A stretch of 56,454 bases of DNA, filler included, from Sphacelaria rigidula (Eukaryota), in NCBI GenBank assembly GCA_964200075.2. It is 6 parts of 6 records of this genome, joined end to end, with 100 filler letters (N's around TTAATTAATTAA, not from the genome) between each part and the next. Parts side by side here need not be neighbours in the genome. Positions count along the whole stretch, not along the records: positions 37,705 to 47,029 come from CAXNAA020008739.1; positions 47,130 to 56,454 come from CAXNAA020008740.1; 4 more parts are not named here. One strand, written 5' to 3'. The notes under the pieces are model-generated. The model was not told where the DNA came from. It did not search any database and saw only the letters and a list, made by a program, of their open reading frames with translations. Positions 37,935 through 50,100 of the stretch are shown here, in pieces. Both the position numbers and the translations under genes were made by a program. Within the stretch, counting starts at the first letter, position 1; every line of letters starts with the position of its first letter.

Positions 37935-39530
37935 CTCATAACATGTCACGGTAATATTCAAGGGAGCTTGCCGGTAAAACCTTCGTCAAAAAGCCGCCAT
38001 GCTAGTACTCAAACCTTACATGCATAATTGGCGTATCCCTTCTTTCCACTTACTCTCTGATAAAATGATATCTTACACCAATGTGCTCAGAGTTGGAGGT
38101 CGTGATGGGGTTATGTACCCAGTGAATAGCACCCTGATTGTCCTCGTCCACTGGGATGCACGACTTTCAAACTTCAGGTAGCATGAATTCCCACACTTAC
38201 CTCAAAAAGAGCAACTCCTTCACTATGTCGAGCAGTGCTACGATAGGGGTTACACGTTTCGTTTCTGGGCCTCGTTTTTGCAGGAGCCCAAATATATGGG
38301 GCTTTATGTGCAACCCAAATCTCTGGGGACAGGACATGGAAATGCACACCGGGGCCTTTTCGTGAATCGGCATCATTTTTAGTATTTTTCAAGTGAAAAT
38401 GATGCCGATTTTCAAAATGATCCGTGCAACACCCCGGGAACATTTTCGCTCAAAAAGTGCAACCCTACCGTACCATCACTACGTCGGTCATCGCGACGTA
38501 CTTTGCTTCTGATGTTAACAGCGTCACACACTTTCGCGTCTTTGAGAACCATGAGGCACATCCACCCCCACACATCACCAGTCCACCCGACATTGATCGC
38601 CTACATCAGCGTATGCTTGGAAGCTGAGGCCTTGTAAACTGCCTCTCCGAAACGTAATACCCATCGTACTAGTCCGCCTAACGTTCCCCAGTATACCAAG
38701 AGAAGTGCGTCAATAAATCAGTTTTGGGGACGCGCAATAACTCGCTACCGCTCTCACTGCATTGCAAATGTCCAGTCCGGTCTGATTTGCCAATCACATG
38801 AGTGATCCTATCAACTCCCTAAATGGGAACGTCGTAACCTGATCATCCTCATTAGAATCTTCGAGCTTCACACTAGCACTCATAGGTGTCTTATTCCCCC
38901 ATGCTATATTGTACTCTTCCGCCAACTCCTCTGCAAAGGTCCGTTGTGAAACGGTAAGGGTCCCCCACTTCTAATCTCTCTCGTAATGTAGTCTCCAATA
39001 CCATCGCAGTTCTCTGAGATTCTTGGCTGGAACCATTGTGTTCCGTTACTTACCAAATTCTTGACACCTTTCTTCATGCCCTCCGGCAAAAATGCCGTCT
39101 CCATGTACCATCAATGTGATCACTACCTCGGTGTTCTCCATCAGTCGGAACGCACATGGATCTGCCAAACACTGATCAAAACCTAGATTCTTCAATAATC
39201 CTGCGAGTTGAAGATGCCGTTGTCTCAAAGCCTGACAAAGTCCATGGAGAGATTTGTTAAGTCTCACTATCTCACCAGTAAAATTGCTACAACCAAGACG
39301 CAATCGCATATAAACGTCTTCATCCAGCACTGATTGCACAAAAGCTTGCTCGATATCAAAATGGCGCGATGAGAGGTTCTGCTCACAAGCAAGAGCTGTC
39401 AGCAACCGTACACTCGAAACCGCTACTGTAGGTGCATACAATTCACCAAAGTCACTGTCTGACCGTTGTCGGCTGCCCCTTGCGACCAGCCTTCATTTTG
39501 CTTTGATTGACCACCCAAGCTAATCATCGC
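37935..39530 (-). mobile_element. Decayed Ty1/Copia pol (RT and RNase H)
   Basis: RLVARG, YAPTVAVSSVRLL, FDIEQAFVQ, LNKSLHGL, ADPC, ELIGSLM, QAYAD, SWFSKTRKCVTLLTSEAKYVA, EDNQGAI, HIGVRYHFIRE; many stops and frameshifts. Confidence 0.92.
38241..38470. mobile_element. TA-flanked MITE inserted in Copia RNase H
   Basis: TA|CGATAGGGGTTACAC...GTGCAACCCTACCG|TA; internal hairpin AATCGGCATCATTTT/AAAATGATGCCGATT; Copia coding resumes on both sides. Confidence 0.75.
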
Positions 39531-40329
39531 GGAAATAAAAATTGTCTATTGATTGCTACACTACCACATCCATGACCCCCGCTTCCATCAGACCTTGAAA
39601 CTCTCGCGCCATGGAGTCCACTCATGCTTCTCCCTGCTCCGGAAGTGTAGCTTCAGCGTATGTCTTTGGGATTTCCAACTCCTTCACTGGGCGATGAGGA
39701 AGTTTAGGTGGTTCATACGGCGGACGCTGCTCTTTCATTGCTTTGTTGATGTCCCCAAGTGTCGCCAAATCGCCGCAGTACGATATTGCGAACCCTTGCA
39801 CCCCCTTGCTCCGTTACCCTGTGGCTTCTTCCCGGCGTCTACTGCGGACCGCGTGAGGTGGGCGGATAAGAGACATGGCTTGTCGAGCTACGCAAAACGA
39901 TCCTTCTCGTGATGAGTAAGGGCGATGTTGTTGCCCCCCTCTTTCTCATCTTTATGTTGGGCCGTCTTCGATCATGTCTTCCCCGGTTGTCGACGGTCAC
40001 AACTCAGGTCCAGTTTCTTCACAACCCTTCCGGGCAGCGGTGACAGGGACCTGTCCTGGAGATGGTGGGTTGCTGGTGACGAGGCTTCCGAAGTAGATGA
40101 TAGTGCCGAGGAACCGTTGGACATTAAGGGCGAAGCCGGATGTCTTAACGGTGAAGTCGGTTGTGAGGGTGGTGAAATCGGCAGTATGTCGCACGGGTGT
40201 CGCTTGTGATGCGTGGCGATTGATGATGACTGTACCGACGGTGCGGTGGAAGGTAGAAGTGGATAATGTGACGCAGCGGTAAACGGGGATTGCGGCGGCG
40301 GCACAGTTATTCGGCGTAGCGGCGGGGGA

Positions 40330-40810
40330 ACGGCATATCGCGGCGGAATGGTATGATACGGTTACGACGGTGGAACAGTCTGGTGTGGCGGTGGCGGCGA
40401 GTTGGCGGCGGCGGCGCTGGAGGAATGCGCTCGTGGTTTTAGAACAGTACGGTATGTCGGCGACGGCGAGTTGGCGACAGCGGCGGCGGGATGTGGTCGC
40501 GGTTGTGGAACAGTGTGGTATGTCGGCGGCGGCGAGGTGGCGGCGGCGGCGGCGGGATGTGGTCGCGGTTGTGGGGCAGCATGGTATGTCGGCGGCGGCA
40601 GAGAAATGTGGTCGTGGTTGTAGAACAGTATGCTATGTCGGCGGCGGCGAGTTGGCGGCGGCGGCGGCGGCGGCGGCGGCGGAATGTGGTCGTGGTTGTC
40701 AAACAGTATGGTATATCGGCGGCGGCGAGTTGGTGGCGGCGGCGGTGGAATGTGGTCGTGGTTGTGGTACAGTATGGTATGGCGGCGGCAGCGGCGGAAG
40801 TGGAAGCGTC
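40330..40810. repeat. GC-rich minisatellite, about 45-70-bp units with variable (GGC)n
   Basis: About 8 copies of GGAATGTGGTCGTGGTTGTGGAACAGTATGGTATGTCGGCGGCGGCGAGTTGGCGGCG. Confidence 0.85.
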
Positions 40811-41149
40811 GGTCTTACCGGAAGCGTGTGCTATGGGTCGCGACGTAATGGTGGATGAGGGCAATACAATGATGGGCCGTCGATCCTGACGAGGAAGAGC
40901 CCGGAGGGCTGACTGCAGGAACTGACGAGTGCCACAGTCAGGGGTGAGGATGTTTGGATCCGTGGGAGACGGAATACATAAACATGCCTCGTTGTATTCG
41001 GTTGTATTCGGTCGGAATTCAATTGGATACTCAACCCCTGGTGTTCACTGCTCTTTGAGTGCAAAGTCAAACGCCACCAAGAAGAAAGGAACAACCGAGT
41101 CGCTTCTGAAGCTGTGATCAAGATTCTTGTCGTTCCGTGTGAACTGTAC

Positions 41150-41182
<33 letters not shown>

Positions 41183-41450
41183 TTCGTACTTTGACTGACC
41201 CCCCAGGGGTCCAGCCGTGGTCTCATGATAGACGTACCCAAGAAAAACGAAACTGAAACACGCTCTGAGCAAAAATGAAGGAACAGAACAAGAAAGAAAG
41301 AGGGGTCGAACAGAACGACATAGCAGACTAAGTCGTGACAAAAAAAAGAAGTACTGCGTTGGACGTATTCCCTCTTGCTATGAGTTTTGCTGGTTGGTCG
41401 CTGAATAACGGTGAGGCAATACAGTACGGATGCCTGATTTATGAACGGTA
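41150..41450 (-). mobile_element. Possible non-LTR/SINE 3' end with (AATC)8 tail
   Basis: (GATT)8 at 41151-41182 next to a compositionally distinct segment; the element call is inference. Confidence 0.4.
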
Positions 41451-44400
41451 CGTCAGTGTGTGAAATATGGTCGACATGATAGTAATGATGAATTTCAGTG
41501 CACAAATAACATGGTATATATATTAGTAATCACGATTTATATGCGCACGAGTTGACTCAGCTGGATGCTTGTTTGAGATCACGAGACATATCGCCTTCCT
41601 GTACGCCAGTAGCGATGCCTAATGCTGAGAACAACCCCCCTATACCATCTGTTTGTAACATGGTTCTTCCGACCGGGACTACTGTGTCGACTGTTGTCAT
41701 TTGCCGCATATGTGAAATTTTGTTGTTCGCCCCAATTGATAACCGCGAATGTGATGGCACATTTAGCTGTCTGTGAATTTAAAACGGAACGAACTGGGCC
41801 TCGGTCAATCCCGTGTGCGCTTGAAGTCGCTTCCTGCTGTGCTTATCCTACGTCACCTGAAGATGCGTGTCCACAGCGTTAGCGCAGCGATTATTGCTCA
41901 CCGACCGAGTTTGATGTTTGGGGTGCAGCTATGACCACTGTGCTTCATTTGTGTATTTTACATTATAACGGATAATTGAAGTGTAATTCCCTGCCTATGG
42001 CAGCCATATGAATGAGTAGAAAAAGTTGCTTCAAGCACGATCTGCTGTAACGTGTTGATATCATCTCCGCACCGCGTGATGAAGCGGCCCTAGGCTTACT
42101 GCACACAACGCGCAGGTGTGGATGTACACCGTCCTTTTGCTGTGATATAAGACACCTTCATGCTAGCTTTGCATACCACGCAGCGGGTGCTGGGTGTACA
42201 CACCCCTCCTGTTCAAGTCAGCTCAGATGAAGTAGCACTGTTGAGTCCAACAAATCCTCGTACACAGATTTTGTGGGCGTATGACCCATATCTTTGGATT
42301 GACGAGGTCCGCCAACACTTTGAAATCGTGTTTCCACGCGAAGGCAAGACAGCAGTTCTGCTCTACTATGCTACAGTTGTGAATAGTAGCTGTAGCTGAG
42401 ATGCGACTTAGTTCATGCAATGCCTGCGGACCGTGCCTTGAAAGGGAACCTCAACCGAGTCAACTTACCTGAAGGACACCTCGTGTGATGTACAGCCAAT
42501 AAGCGACCGTCTATATATTTAACAGTACAGCTGCGGATAATTGCACCCTATTTCACCGCCTTGGATACAACACTTGGGATCACGCGTCCCAAGAATTTGG
42601 TTACGTGATGAGTCAACTTTCGACTTTTCTTGTTGTCATGGCATGCTATAACCAAGGGAAGGAAAGGAAATGGTGGCTCATGCTGATAACACCGTGCTTT
42701 CCGCTTGGATTGATTTCACGGTTTACTGGATATCGTGTGAATAACGTTTGCCTCATGCTGCATCTGGGTAAGAGTCAATGTGAACAACCGTGAATGCTGT
42801 GAAATGTTGGACTGTTTGTGTAGGCCAAAGGCAACGAACTGATGCGCTGATGCTGTCGCTTCGAGTCAAGCTACCGCATGCATGCAGCGTTTATTGTCGT
42901 CTACGGGAAGCCGCGTTTCCTCGGCATCTATGCACAACTACAATGTGCCTGTAATAAGCGCATACATTTATGACTATATCACATGGTCCAGGGATGCCAT
43001 TGCAATGCTTCCCACTTGAATTGGAGCTTGCTGTTCCGTTTTAAAACCGATGGTATCCTGCGTTTAGACTGTTTCGATATACTATCGGTGTGTTGCTGTT
43101 GAACGTGTTGCATGAGGGTCAAGTCATCTGCTATGTTGCATCCTGCGTTACAAAACATGAATTCGTCCAAGCACAGTGCACGAATCAGGCTAATACCCAT
43201 AATTCTGTAACCTGCTGCGACGTGATGATGCTATTTCAAAGCTACCAGTTACCCTCTCACTATCACCCGCATCAATCATGTCTTGCTGCTCGGTGAGATG
43301 TTGCCTCATGTCGCTTCAAACCGATGCACTTGACTGTTAAGCCAAATCTAAGCGCGTCCTATACATTTTACACTATAAATGCGCCGGATTTTGAGATCTC
43401 ACAGGATCTCCCTCACACCTTGAAATAACTTGCTTTCACGGAGTGGGTACACAGCAACGAAATGTGGTCAAGGGTCCAACAGAACAGCCTGGATTCGTTT
43501 TTAAGGTTCAACATTTGGGTGAGGTTCAACGGACCATCGAAATTGCATTTGTTTTGTCCAAAAGGCTCGGGATTCGCAACCGGTTTGGACCATGTAACCT
43601 CAACTCAGAAGTTTCTGCACGGCAGCGCAAGCATGGTGATGAGCAGTCCAACAGAAAAGCCACCGTCATTGATTGTGCGGCATCTTTCGAGCAGGACCTG
43701 CGTCTAAGCGCTACGGAATACGCCACAAAGCATGCTGAAAACATACTTCTTTGGACTAGTCATCGAGTTTTCGAGCGCTTCTTGTTGAGTATCTGAGAGA
43801 GACTTCATACTGTTGCGCCGGCGATGATCGCCGTCAGCGAAACGATCCAATGCGGCGACAGACGCCAGCGATATTTGAAACGCAGCATCATTCAGCAGTC
43901 TGCTGAGATCTACCAGCACACCAGAGTACAGCACGACTACAGTACAGTGGTTAGTTGGATGAAGTGGATGTCCCACGATAAAACTGCAGACACACACAAC
44001 GGGGGTAAAGGTTAGTCCCACGCTTGGGGTTGTTTTGCCAGTAGTGCCCATGCGAGGCGCTTCATCCAGTCTGAACTAGTTATCGCGCCTTGTATGACCA
44101 CTTCCGCCATGGCTGTGTTGAGAACCGGTTTCGCGGTGAGGCTGTCGAACAATACTACTATAGTGCAACGCGCTTGCCAAATCCGAGCCGTTTTTGTAAA
44201 TTTAGAACCCAGCACACTTGAGTTAAAGAACTGCTCTCGCCTGTGAAAGAGACAAGAAAAAAGACTCCTGAGATGTCATCTGCTAAGAATAATGCCGGAT
44301 GGATAGAGCATGCCTTTGGGAATGAGGGCCACCTACTATCGCATCTCATACATGACCGTGTATGCAACTGAGAAAGATTAGTATTGTGACTCTACTGTCC

Positions 44401-45439
44401 ACTAGTGCGCAAAACTAGTTGTGTTACCGTAAGGTCATACTGGGTATGCATAAATGCCACAATGCCCGATACTACTTGAGCCGATTTGTCGTGAACGGAA
44501 ATTGCGAAGCTAAATAGACGCATGCATGTATTTACCCTACCCCGGTCAGGGGGGGAGCAGATCATTGATGCGTTAAATATTTTATCGCCATGGAAATTGA
44601 ATGTAACTTCAACGTGGTTCCCCCTGTTTGATAGTGTGGCCCTTGCTGGATAGCTCCAAAGGGTATAGGCGAGCCGTACATGCTTGAGAAATCCGAAGCT
44701 ACCTTAAATCTGCTCCGATTTTGAAGGACTCACACCCAACCATGTGCTTTGAGTTTATTTCACGACTTTCAATACATGGGTGATTGTATCCAGGTGTACT
44801 GCTGAACTTGCAATGATTTGATTACTATGATCCGCAACGATGGATCACTGGACTGCATGACGCCGGCAACAGTAGTTCTTTGGCAATTATTACGGGTGCC
44901 CGTCTACCAATTCCTGTGCAGTCACTCATGAATGTGCTATTCAACCCAGATCCATAACAATTGAGCGGCTATGAGTGAAACTGCATGCTAATGTGTTTGT
45001 ATGAGGCCACCAGACGGATGCTCCGTCAGTTCCTGTTGACCGTCTATACTTGTGCACGCTCCGATGATCACTTCGAAGATGACTGGCTACACGTGCGCGC
45101 TCCAACAATCAACTCGAAGATGACTCTCTACCTGTGCGCGCTATGATTGTCCCCGGGACAGGGCTATATTCTTCTGGTCTTGAGATGTCCATAGATTCCA
45201 CACATTCCTTTGCCGAGATTTACACCGGAAATAAATCGACCAGGGTAGTTGACTTGTATTAAGCGACTCGTATGATTATTGTGGATACTGTGTAAGTTAC
45301 TAACATACAATCCGGACATTGGGTGGATGAAAGAGAAATTGTATGAAAAAAACAAATATGCCTGCATCATACAGCGAGCACGCAAGGTTTACTTGCAGAT
45401 AGGAAAATGGGCGAAGACGAAGGCTCAAGAGGTCAAGAC

Positions 45440-45745
45440 CATGCTTGTCCGAACAGGTTGACAGGGGCCCAGGATCTTCCATGTGTGCCCAGACAGGTTG
45501 ACAGGGATCCAGGAATTCTCATGCTTGTCCAAACAGGTTGACAGGGGTCCAGGATTTCCCATGTGTGCCCGAACAGGTTGACAGTGATCCAGGAATTCTC
45601 ATGCTTGCCCGAACAGGTTGACAGGGGACCAGAATTTCTCATGCGTTTTCAAACAGATTGACAGGGATCCCGCTTTTGCCCATTTGTGTTCGAACAGGAT
45701 GGCATGGAGCCAGAATTCCCTCGCGTACCCGAACAGGTTTCCAGG
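45440..45745. repeat. 40-bp tandem minisatellite (about 7.5 copies)
   Basis: CATGCTTGTCCGAACAGGTTGACAGGGGCCCAGGATCTTC-type units starting at 45440, 45480, 45520, 45560, 45600, 45640. Confidence 0.92.
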
Positions 45746-46971
45746 TCGGAGTCCGTGAAATTATACTTGGCTATCCTCGACACGTGATACCCTGACCAAA
45801 TGCACACGCGTGAACCTGTTGTGTCCGGTCATATTGCTGTTCCCTCCGTCCTCCTTCCCCTTTCTTTTGTCCGCTATCATTATGCCGGTGAAGTGCTGCT
45901 ACTCATGTAATTGTTCCGAGTGATGCTGCGATAAGGTCAGCACTTTTACGGCCTGAGAGTAGAATTGTTAGGAACCCTTTATCTCATCCAAAACACGAGT
46001 TTCGAAATAGGTGAGAGTACGCCAGGGTTTTTTTCCAATTTGCTAGGGATATCCCTAATGAATTTGCAAACGGGGATATCCTGACCCATATTCTTGTGTA
46101 GTTCCTATTCTTAGGAACCCCTGAATCAGGCCGGTTTTGGCCCCAAAAGTGCAGACCCTATCGAAGCATCACTCTTCCATCGTTTCTCACGCCGTTGATG
46201 ATTGAGAATGTTTCCGCCAGACACCGCCCTCGTGACTCTTGAATCATGGAAATTGTAATACACTGCCATGAATCATCCATAGTTCTTTCAATCGGTGTTT
46301 TTTCATTAATGCGGAACGTGCGTGCAGGTTCAACGTGTCGAGTATCACATAGCTAACCCCAAATCGGTGAGAAATGGGTGGAAACCCCTTGAACCCTCGA
46401 GCCCAGCCCTCTTGCCCGGCGGGATCCGTCCAACAGCGTCCCGTGCACGCACCTTCCCATGCAGCAGCAGGTTGACGCACCCTCTCACGCAGCAGTAGGT
46501 TGCCGCACCTCCTCAGTCCGCAACTGCAGCAGTCTTTCTGTGCCGCGACAACAGCAGCAGTATTTTTGCGCCCTCGCAACAAAACACCGCTGAAGCGCCG
46601 CACATGAATTTGCTTAGTGCTTCTGACTGACGGTTTGCACAACCGGTCTTTCCTCCGTTTTTTCCAGCGAATACTTCCAGTATCTGGGTCTCCATTGACA
46701 CATCCCAGGCCAGGTGCAATCAGCAGGGTACATATCCGGTGCTCAGCTGCTGCCGCCGCTGCCGCCGCCTCTGTAGCATCGATCTAGGGACTAGGTTCCG
46801 CCTAACCCGGTGGGTACGCATTTCACCCGTCCGGGGCGACCCCTGCTTCGAATGACATTTCAGCCGAAGCGTGGGAACGATGCACAGCAGCTGCGGGTAC
46901 AACCTGAAGTTTGGCACCACAGCAAGAGTAGCCACCGCTTACCAGTAACGGTGTTACTGGGCACCGGGGCA

Positions 46972-47029
46972 GGGGGGGGTGTACTCATGATCATGCTTGC
47001 CATAGTCATCAGACCATTGACCTCGCATC
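46972..47029 (-). mobile_element. Non-LTR 3' tail (type B) plus C-run
   Basis: Reverse complement GATGCGAGGTCAATGGTCTGATGACTATGGCAAGCATGATCATGAGTACACCCCCCCC. Confidence 0.75.
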
Positions 47030-47129
47030 NNNNNNNNNNNNNNNNNNNNNNNNNNNNNNNNNNNNNNNNNNNNTTAATTAATTAANNNNNNNNNNNNNNN
47101 NNNNNNNNNNNNNNNNNNNNNNNNNNNNN
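47030..47129. other. Artificial contig linker
   Basis: 44 N + TTAATTAATTAA + 44 N. Confidence 0.97.
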
Positions 47130-47176
47130 TGACTCCCCGCCCCCCCCCCTCTCCCCCCCGCCTCCCCCGCCAAAAG

Positions 47177-50100
47177 ATGGGTACCAGGTGTTTCGCACTG
47201 ATCACGGGGGCGTCGCGAGGCTTCGGGAAGAGCGTAGCGGAAGAACTCGTGCGAAAACTCGCCCCGCTGCAAGCGTTGGACGTGATTTTAGTGGCGAGGA
47301 GCGCAGAGGGGTTGGAGGGGACGGCGGCGTCTATCAAGAGTATAGCGGTGGGGCTTGGTCGCCCAGAGAATGTGTGTGTTCGGCAGGAGTCGGTGGATTT
47401 GGCAGACGTCGAAGGGCTGGAAGATCGCCTAAGCAGCTTGTTTGCTGATATTGGTGCGTGAGAGTGAGGAGAGACTGGGTAGTGGTCGGGCGTGGGCGGG
47501 CGCGAAAATGTGCCTGTGAAAAGACACGGGGGTTGCATGGTACTCACGGTATTATTTTGTGGAGTATCGCCAACACTCATGCGCTAGCGTAGTGCGCTGT
47601 ACCGGAGCCTCGAAAGGGCAACAATGGCTGTGCAGTCGATCAATGCAATGGTCCCAGGCATGCGTCAAGAGCGGGATAGCCGGTGCACTGGTCGTCATTT
47701 CAAGACGCCGAATCACCGGCCGTGTCGGTAGGAAGCACTTGCATCTTTCTTAGAGAGTGCACCCCTGGAGCCACCGATGCGACAGCGTATTTGGCGTGGT
47801 AGTTTTATGGTGGCGTGTTCGATAGATTGCCGTAACAACAGTTCCACACCCAACCGTCCCTGTTCCACGTGTATTGCTCGTGTTGCATGCGTCGTACGAT
47901 TTATCGATGATGGTGCTGCTCGTAGATCCTACAAAATACTCTCGAGCGGTGTTGGTGAACAACGCGGCTTCAATTGGACACATCGGCCGCTCGAACGACC
48001 AGATGTCTCTGCGCGCGCTGAAAGAATACATGGATTTGAACGTCACCTCCTGCATATGGATTACGTCTCGATTCGCCCAACTGTTCGGTGCCCACGGACC
48101 CGCGAAATCGCAAGTTGTGGAGTACAAAGACCGTAAACAACAGCCGACAGCGGAAGCCACTGGTGGTGATGATGGGAGTGAGGGTGATCGCCCCTTTTCC
48201 GAGTGCAACAGTGTGGTGGTGCACGTGTCGTCCTTGGTAGCCCTTCAGCCGATCAAGTACTACGCCAATTACTCGGCGGGGAAGGCAGCGCGGGATATGT
48301 TCCACAAGTAAGTTGAAGTCATGAGCTCATCCTCCCCGCCACTTTCCTGAAATTTCTGACACTAGGTGCAAAAGGCGCCTAATGAAGGGAACTGGTGGAT
48401 AATGCATGACATAAACGTCAAGACCTACTGCACTCATGAAACAAACACCTTGCCAATGACCGACCGCATGACCTACGAGAAGGAGCACCAACCCGTCCGT
48501 AGACTCCTTGAGATCTTGAAGGATAGAAGCTGGTACAAAGTGTGGGGGGATCGTTGGCCAAGCTTTCGGCAGCGAAGGTCTACTCGGAAGCATTACCATA
48601 GTCGGGTAGCGACCCATGGTGAACCGTACACGGAGTGGGAAACGTGATGTACGGGACATCCCGATGTGAGTACTTGTAAGACCTTGTGTTATGCAAGCCG
48701 TCCTTGAACCTTACACGATGAAAATGACCTCCCTGGAGGAAATTGACCAGTACAGCAGCAGGGCAAGAAGATGAAAGGTACAGTCGTGGGACGCCTGGAT
48801 GGTTTATCATCAAAATCGTTTCACAAACGTGGGTTACTTGTGTCAAAGGTGTTGAACTTGGCTTCAGGCTACGAGCCCGTGTTGGAGGCATCATTCAGTG
48901 TCGGTGAGCCAGCAAAATAACTAAAATGCACCAGATCCCCAACGAGCACGAGGGTTGGGATGTCCCTGTACCTTGACTACATCCCACCACAACAATCATA
49001 ACGAATAAGCTGGGGATACTCTCGAAATAGATCGAGAAAGAGACGGTAAGGAAGGGCGGGCGAAGAAGTAAAGAGTGATCGGGAAAAGTACTAGTAGTGC
49101 TGGTATTCGGAGTCCCTAGCGATATGGCGAGAACAGAGTTTAGAAGGAAATGCAATGGAGTTGGATCATACTGTCTGGCAACTGGAAAAGTAGAAAGGGA
49201 GGGAGATCACTCCCGAGTCGCGGCAGAACAGAGCGCGAGCAAGGAGTGGGAAAGGATAGAAACAAGTATGGTGTCGGCATGGGTTAGAAGGGCAGGATGG
49301 AGAGTATGCATAGCGAATGGAACAACAGACCTAGGACGTAGTTCACGTGTAAACGGGGGGAAAGAGAGTCATAAACAGGTAAGTGTGAGGAACGCGTATC
49401 GCTAGGGTAGACAGACTAAGTAGGAGGCTGTCTTGAGAAATGTCGTCCTGGTGTCGAAGGAACTCCGAGGCTGGCGATGATTTCCTCTCGTGATATGTAG
49501 GCAAGAAATTGGGTCAGACGAGAAGTGGACGCCGGGTGGCGACCAGTTCCTCGGAGGACGTTGGTCCGTCCTAATATCAGGCTCTCCCTGGCATTACCCG
49601 ACGTTGTCTAGTATCGCTGGGATTACAGGGTCCTCGGTAATTTGGTCCTTTCGGACCGTTCCTACCTTATACCTGCCTGCGCTGGTTCTTCGTAAATGCG
49701 TGGCATCAGTCTCTGATATGTCACTGCGAAGAGGTGTCTTCCACATAAGTGCCCGCAAGGGGAAGGGGAGGGGACATAGCGGCCCGAAGCAAATTGACAA
49801 AGAGCAACGCAGAAACGGGAAGAATGATCAAGCAAGCGAAAGTAGAGTTGAAAGCGACGGAGAGATAACAGCAGACAACAAGAGAGCAGATGATGATTCA
49901 GAAAGGAAGTTGAGAATAGCATCGTGGAACGTGTGTGGGTTCGCCACAGACAAGCGCAAAATAATAGAGATAGCGCAAGGAGTAAGAAACCGCGACCTAA
50001 ATATAGTAGGAATCCAAGAGTCATGGGAGAAAGAGGAGGCGAAAATAGGGTGCAAAGTTCAAGAGCATGCATGGATAGATGAAGCGCGGAAGGGGTAGAA

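Noticed and set aside
45440..45745. CRISPR array
   Set aside because: Head-to-tail repeats with no unique spacers, no cas genes, eukaryotic context.
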